A stretch of 64,000 nt of DNA from Octopus sinensis (taxonomy: Eukaryota), in NCBI RefSeq assembly GCF_006345805.1, contig NC_042997.1:156488001-156552000 (forward strand). The letters are read 5' to 3'. Shown here one piece after another: positions 61,370 through 64,000 of the stretch. The translations under genes were made by a program, and so were the position numbers. The notes under the pieces are model-generated. The model made no database searches, was not told where the DNA came from, and worked only from the letters and a program-made list of their open reading frames with translations. Numbering within the stretch: position 1 is the first letter of the stretch; each line of letters begins with the position of its first letter.

Positions 61370-63175
61370 AAGAATTTTGTCAAAATGCGACTCTCTAATT
61401 TAGATAAACAAATATGTAATTCCTCATCTACCATCTGTTATTGTTCCCATTTTTTGGACTTCATTTCCATAAGCGCAGAGATACCTAATTCGCAAAGATA
61501 CGATGATCCAAAGGGCAATGGAGGTTGAATGTCTGTAGTAGCTAATTGAGGATATTGACTCCAAAGCAAAATCCAAAATTCTAACAATTCTAGCATAGAA
61601 AATGAGGTTTTGTGCGCAGGATCATTTTTCAAGTCTATTAAATTTTCTTCTTCGGTTAATGTTAACGACAGGTGTATACTGTTGTATCTTGTGAAAGGAT
61701 TGATGACCCACTCATACATTTAATAATCAAGTGATGGAAACTACTTAGAAAATGATACAGAGAGGTTTTCTACTGTATTTTGCACTTCTAACAAAATTTT
61801 TAATTTGTTTGGAACAGCCTCTATGCTCGGGAAGCAATCAAGCTGCAAGTTTTTAACTTGCCTTATCCACAGTTCTAACTTGTCGGTGAAAGACTTTAAT
61901 TTGCCTCTAATTGTAATAATATTTTCTTTAGCTCCTTGCAAACTCAAATTTAAAATGTACAACTTCTCAAAAAGATCATTGAGAAATGCTACTTCCAGCC
62001 ACCAATTATTATCATTAAGAAATTCAAATCCAGAATGTTCAGCATTGAAGAAACATTATTTCAGTTCATAAAGAGATAAATCAAGAGAGCACTTTTCCTT
62101 TTGAGAACCATTGCACTTCTGTATGGAACAGTAAATACTTAAAATCAGAATCCATAGTTTCACATAGGGATGCAAAATCTGCACCGTAAGGAATGCAATT
62201 TTATGTAATTCACCACTTTAACGACATTGTCCATTGTCTTCAGGAGACCATCAGGTAGAGATTTTGACACCAAAACTTCGTGGTAAACCATGTAATGTAC
62301 AATTTTAATTTGTGAATTGTTTTGTAATACATGAGCCATGAAGCCTTTTTTTTTCGACCCTGCATGGATGGAGTGCCATCAGTGCAAACGCTAATACAAG
62401 TTTGCCACTGCACCCCTCTCAATACATTTTGGTTTACCATGTTAAAGACATCTTGTCTTATCATTCTTTGCTTCAATTCACAACAAAAGAAAAACTGACT
62501 TATGATATTACCACCTCTGATGATTCGCAGAAATGAAATTAGTTGAGTGTTGTTGCTGATGTCTGTACTTTCATCGATTTGTAAGGCGCACAAGTTTTTG
62601 AGTTCATTTTTTGCTACAGTGAAATGTTCATGGAGCTGATCATCAATGTCTCGTGAAATGTCTTGAATTTTACGAGAAATCGTGTGGGCAGACAAAGGAA
62701 TGTCTTAGTTTGTTTGACGGCTTCATCACTAATCATTGTGCCAACAGCAATCTCCAAGGCTAGTAAAATAATGTTTGTGGCATCAGAGTGTGGTTTTTCC
62801 CTTTTCTGCCAAAAGCTGGGCAATCTTGTAACTAGCGATTTGAGCTTACTCGGGAATTGAGTAAAATTTCTCCAGCTTTTTTTAAATTATTTTTTAGCAT
62901 TTCAAAGTATTCTTTTGGTTTGTCCTTATGTTGCAGACGATTTGTTATTAAATGACGTTGAAATTTACTGGGAACCATAACTTCATTTGAGAGTGTTGAT
63001 AAACAAATCATACAAAAAGGAACCAAGCTGTCTTTTACCGATAATATAAAACCATATTGGATGTAATTTTCATTATATTTTCGTTTTGATGAGGCTGACA
63101 TTTTATTCTGGTGTTCATCATGTTTACTATGACTCGCTTTCTCATTTTTCTGAGGTTTCAAAAAAATTTGTCTTT
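61370..63175 (-). pseudogene. Frameshifted Buster-type transposase (ZBED5/FAM200/SCAND3-like family)
   Basis: BED finger RKYNENYIQYGF..PFCMIC..LSNEVMVPSKFQRHL; LQIDESTD; CTDGTPSM; LNLSLQG; dimerisation motif LPFGSSYLCELGIS; split over several frames. Confidence 0.93.
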
Positions 63176-63279
63176 GTTTAAATCTAAAACTAAAAATCGA
63201 TTAAAATTAACATAAAATAACTTATGCAAATTATAAATAACTCAAAAATTAAAAACTATTTAAACCACTAAGCAATTTA

Positions 63280-63750
63280 AGATCTGCATAAGATCTGGTC
63301 ATCAAATCTAAGTAGAGACTTCAAACTTGAAATCTTCAAAGCCACAGTTGAACCAATTCTACTATATGGCTCAGAAACTTGGACGTTATCAAAGAAGCTT
63401 GAGAGGCGGTTGGATGGAACCTACACTCGCCTCCTTATGAGAGCTCAAAATCTCTTGTGGAAGCGCCATCCAACCAAAATGCAAATATATGGGAAACTAC
63501 CACCTGTGTCATCTCTTGTGAAAGGTAGGAGAGTCCAGTTTGCTGGACATTGTTGTAGCTGAAAAAGAGGTAATTTCTACTCTTCTCCTCTGGAAGCCAT
63601 CTACTCACAATACCAGAGGGCGCACACTCTCCTACCCTGATGTAATCTCCAGGGATACAGGCATCCAGCAACAGGACCTCCATAATGCCATGATGGACCA
63701 TGAAGTCTGGCATAGCATGGTAAATTCCATTGTCTCGAATGATGATGATG
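63280..63750 (+). mobile_element. 5'-truncated RTE LINE nested in the hAT, with 10-bp TSD
   Basis: TSD aagcaattta at 63270-79 and 63751-60; reads KIWSSNL..EPILLYGSETWTL..LDGTYTRLL..RRVQFAGHC; (GAT)n tail. Confidence 0.93.
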
Positions 63751-64000
63751 AAGCAATTTACTTACAGACAATCCCAGTTTAAATGCAGAAATGTGATATA
63801 TTGTAGCAAAACTTCAGTTCATCATATAACATAATTAATTTATCTTTACCGTATTTGACAATTTATATTTATGCTTGAACTTTGTGAATGTTCTTGGATC
63901 ATTGTTTCCCAAAAATATTTTATGCAGCGCTCCAGGAATCTCTTGCACCACACCGCTGTGCTGCGACACACAATTTGGCAGACACCGCCTTAAAGGATTA

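Larger units (their letters stand above)
61140..63987 (-). mobile_element. Complete hAT transposon of the Buster/Charlie group
   Basis: Perfect 8-bp TSD ccttaaag (61132-39 and 63988-95) with central TA; TIRs CAGTGTCTGCCAAA / CGGTGTCTGCCAAA (13/14). Confidence 0.96.

Noticed and set aside
61370-63175. Domesticated ZBED/FAM200-type host gene
   Set aside because: Multiple frameshifts and stops, and it still has TIRs and a TSD, so it is a dead transposon copy.

Overview
AT-rich, repeat-saturated animal genomic DNA. The SINE families, RTE LINEs with (GAT)n tails and dense (TA)n/(CA)n/(AAT)n/(GAT)n microsatellites look like an Octopus (coleoid cephalopod) genome; this is inferred from family recognition, not from a database search. 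I found no host protein-coding exon, rRNA, intact tRNA or CRISPR array that I can support, and most ORFs in the track are microsatellite or SINE artefacts. The window holds: a young 5'-truncated RTE LINE with a PHD finger inside its RT region and a triplicated 3' end; older RTE and L1/Tx1 fragments; a complete Buster-type hAT with an 8-bp TSD; mariner, Tc1, Merlin and piggyBac-type elements; two related LTRs; several Penelope-like remnants with minimal hammerhead ribozyme motifs; and many tRNA-derived SINEs, often nested or in tandem. The most unusual signals are an LTR followed by 35 nt of tRNA-Trp complement that runs through position 58 (resembling an integrated plus-strand strong-stop DNA), a second copy of that tRNA piece inside a nearby SINE insertion, a fold-back element with two inverted hammerhead motifs, and a rise in CpG density at about 52.5-54.5 kb. 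Coordinates of degraded repeats are approximate, and all alignments and counts were done by eye.
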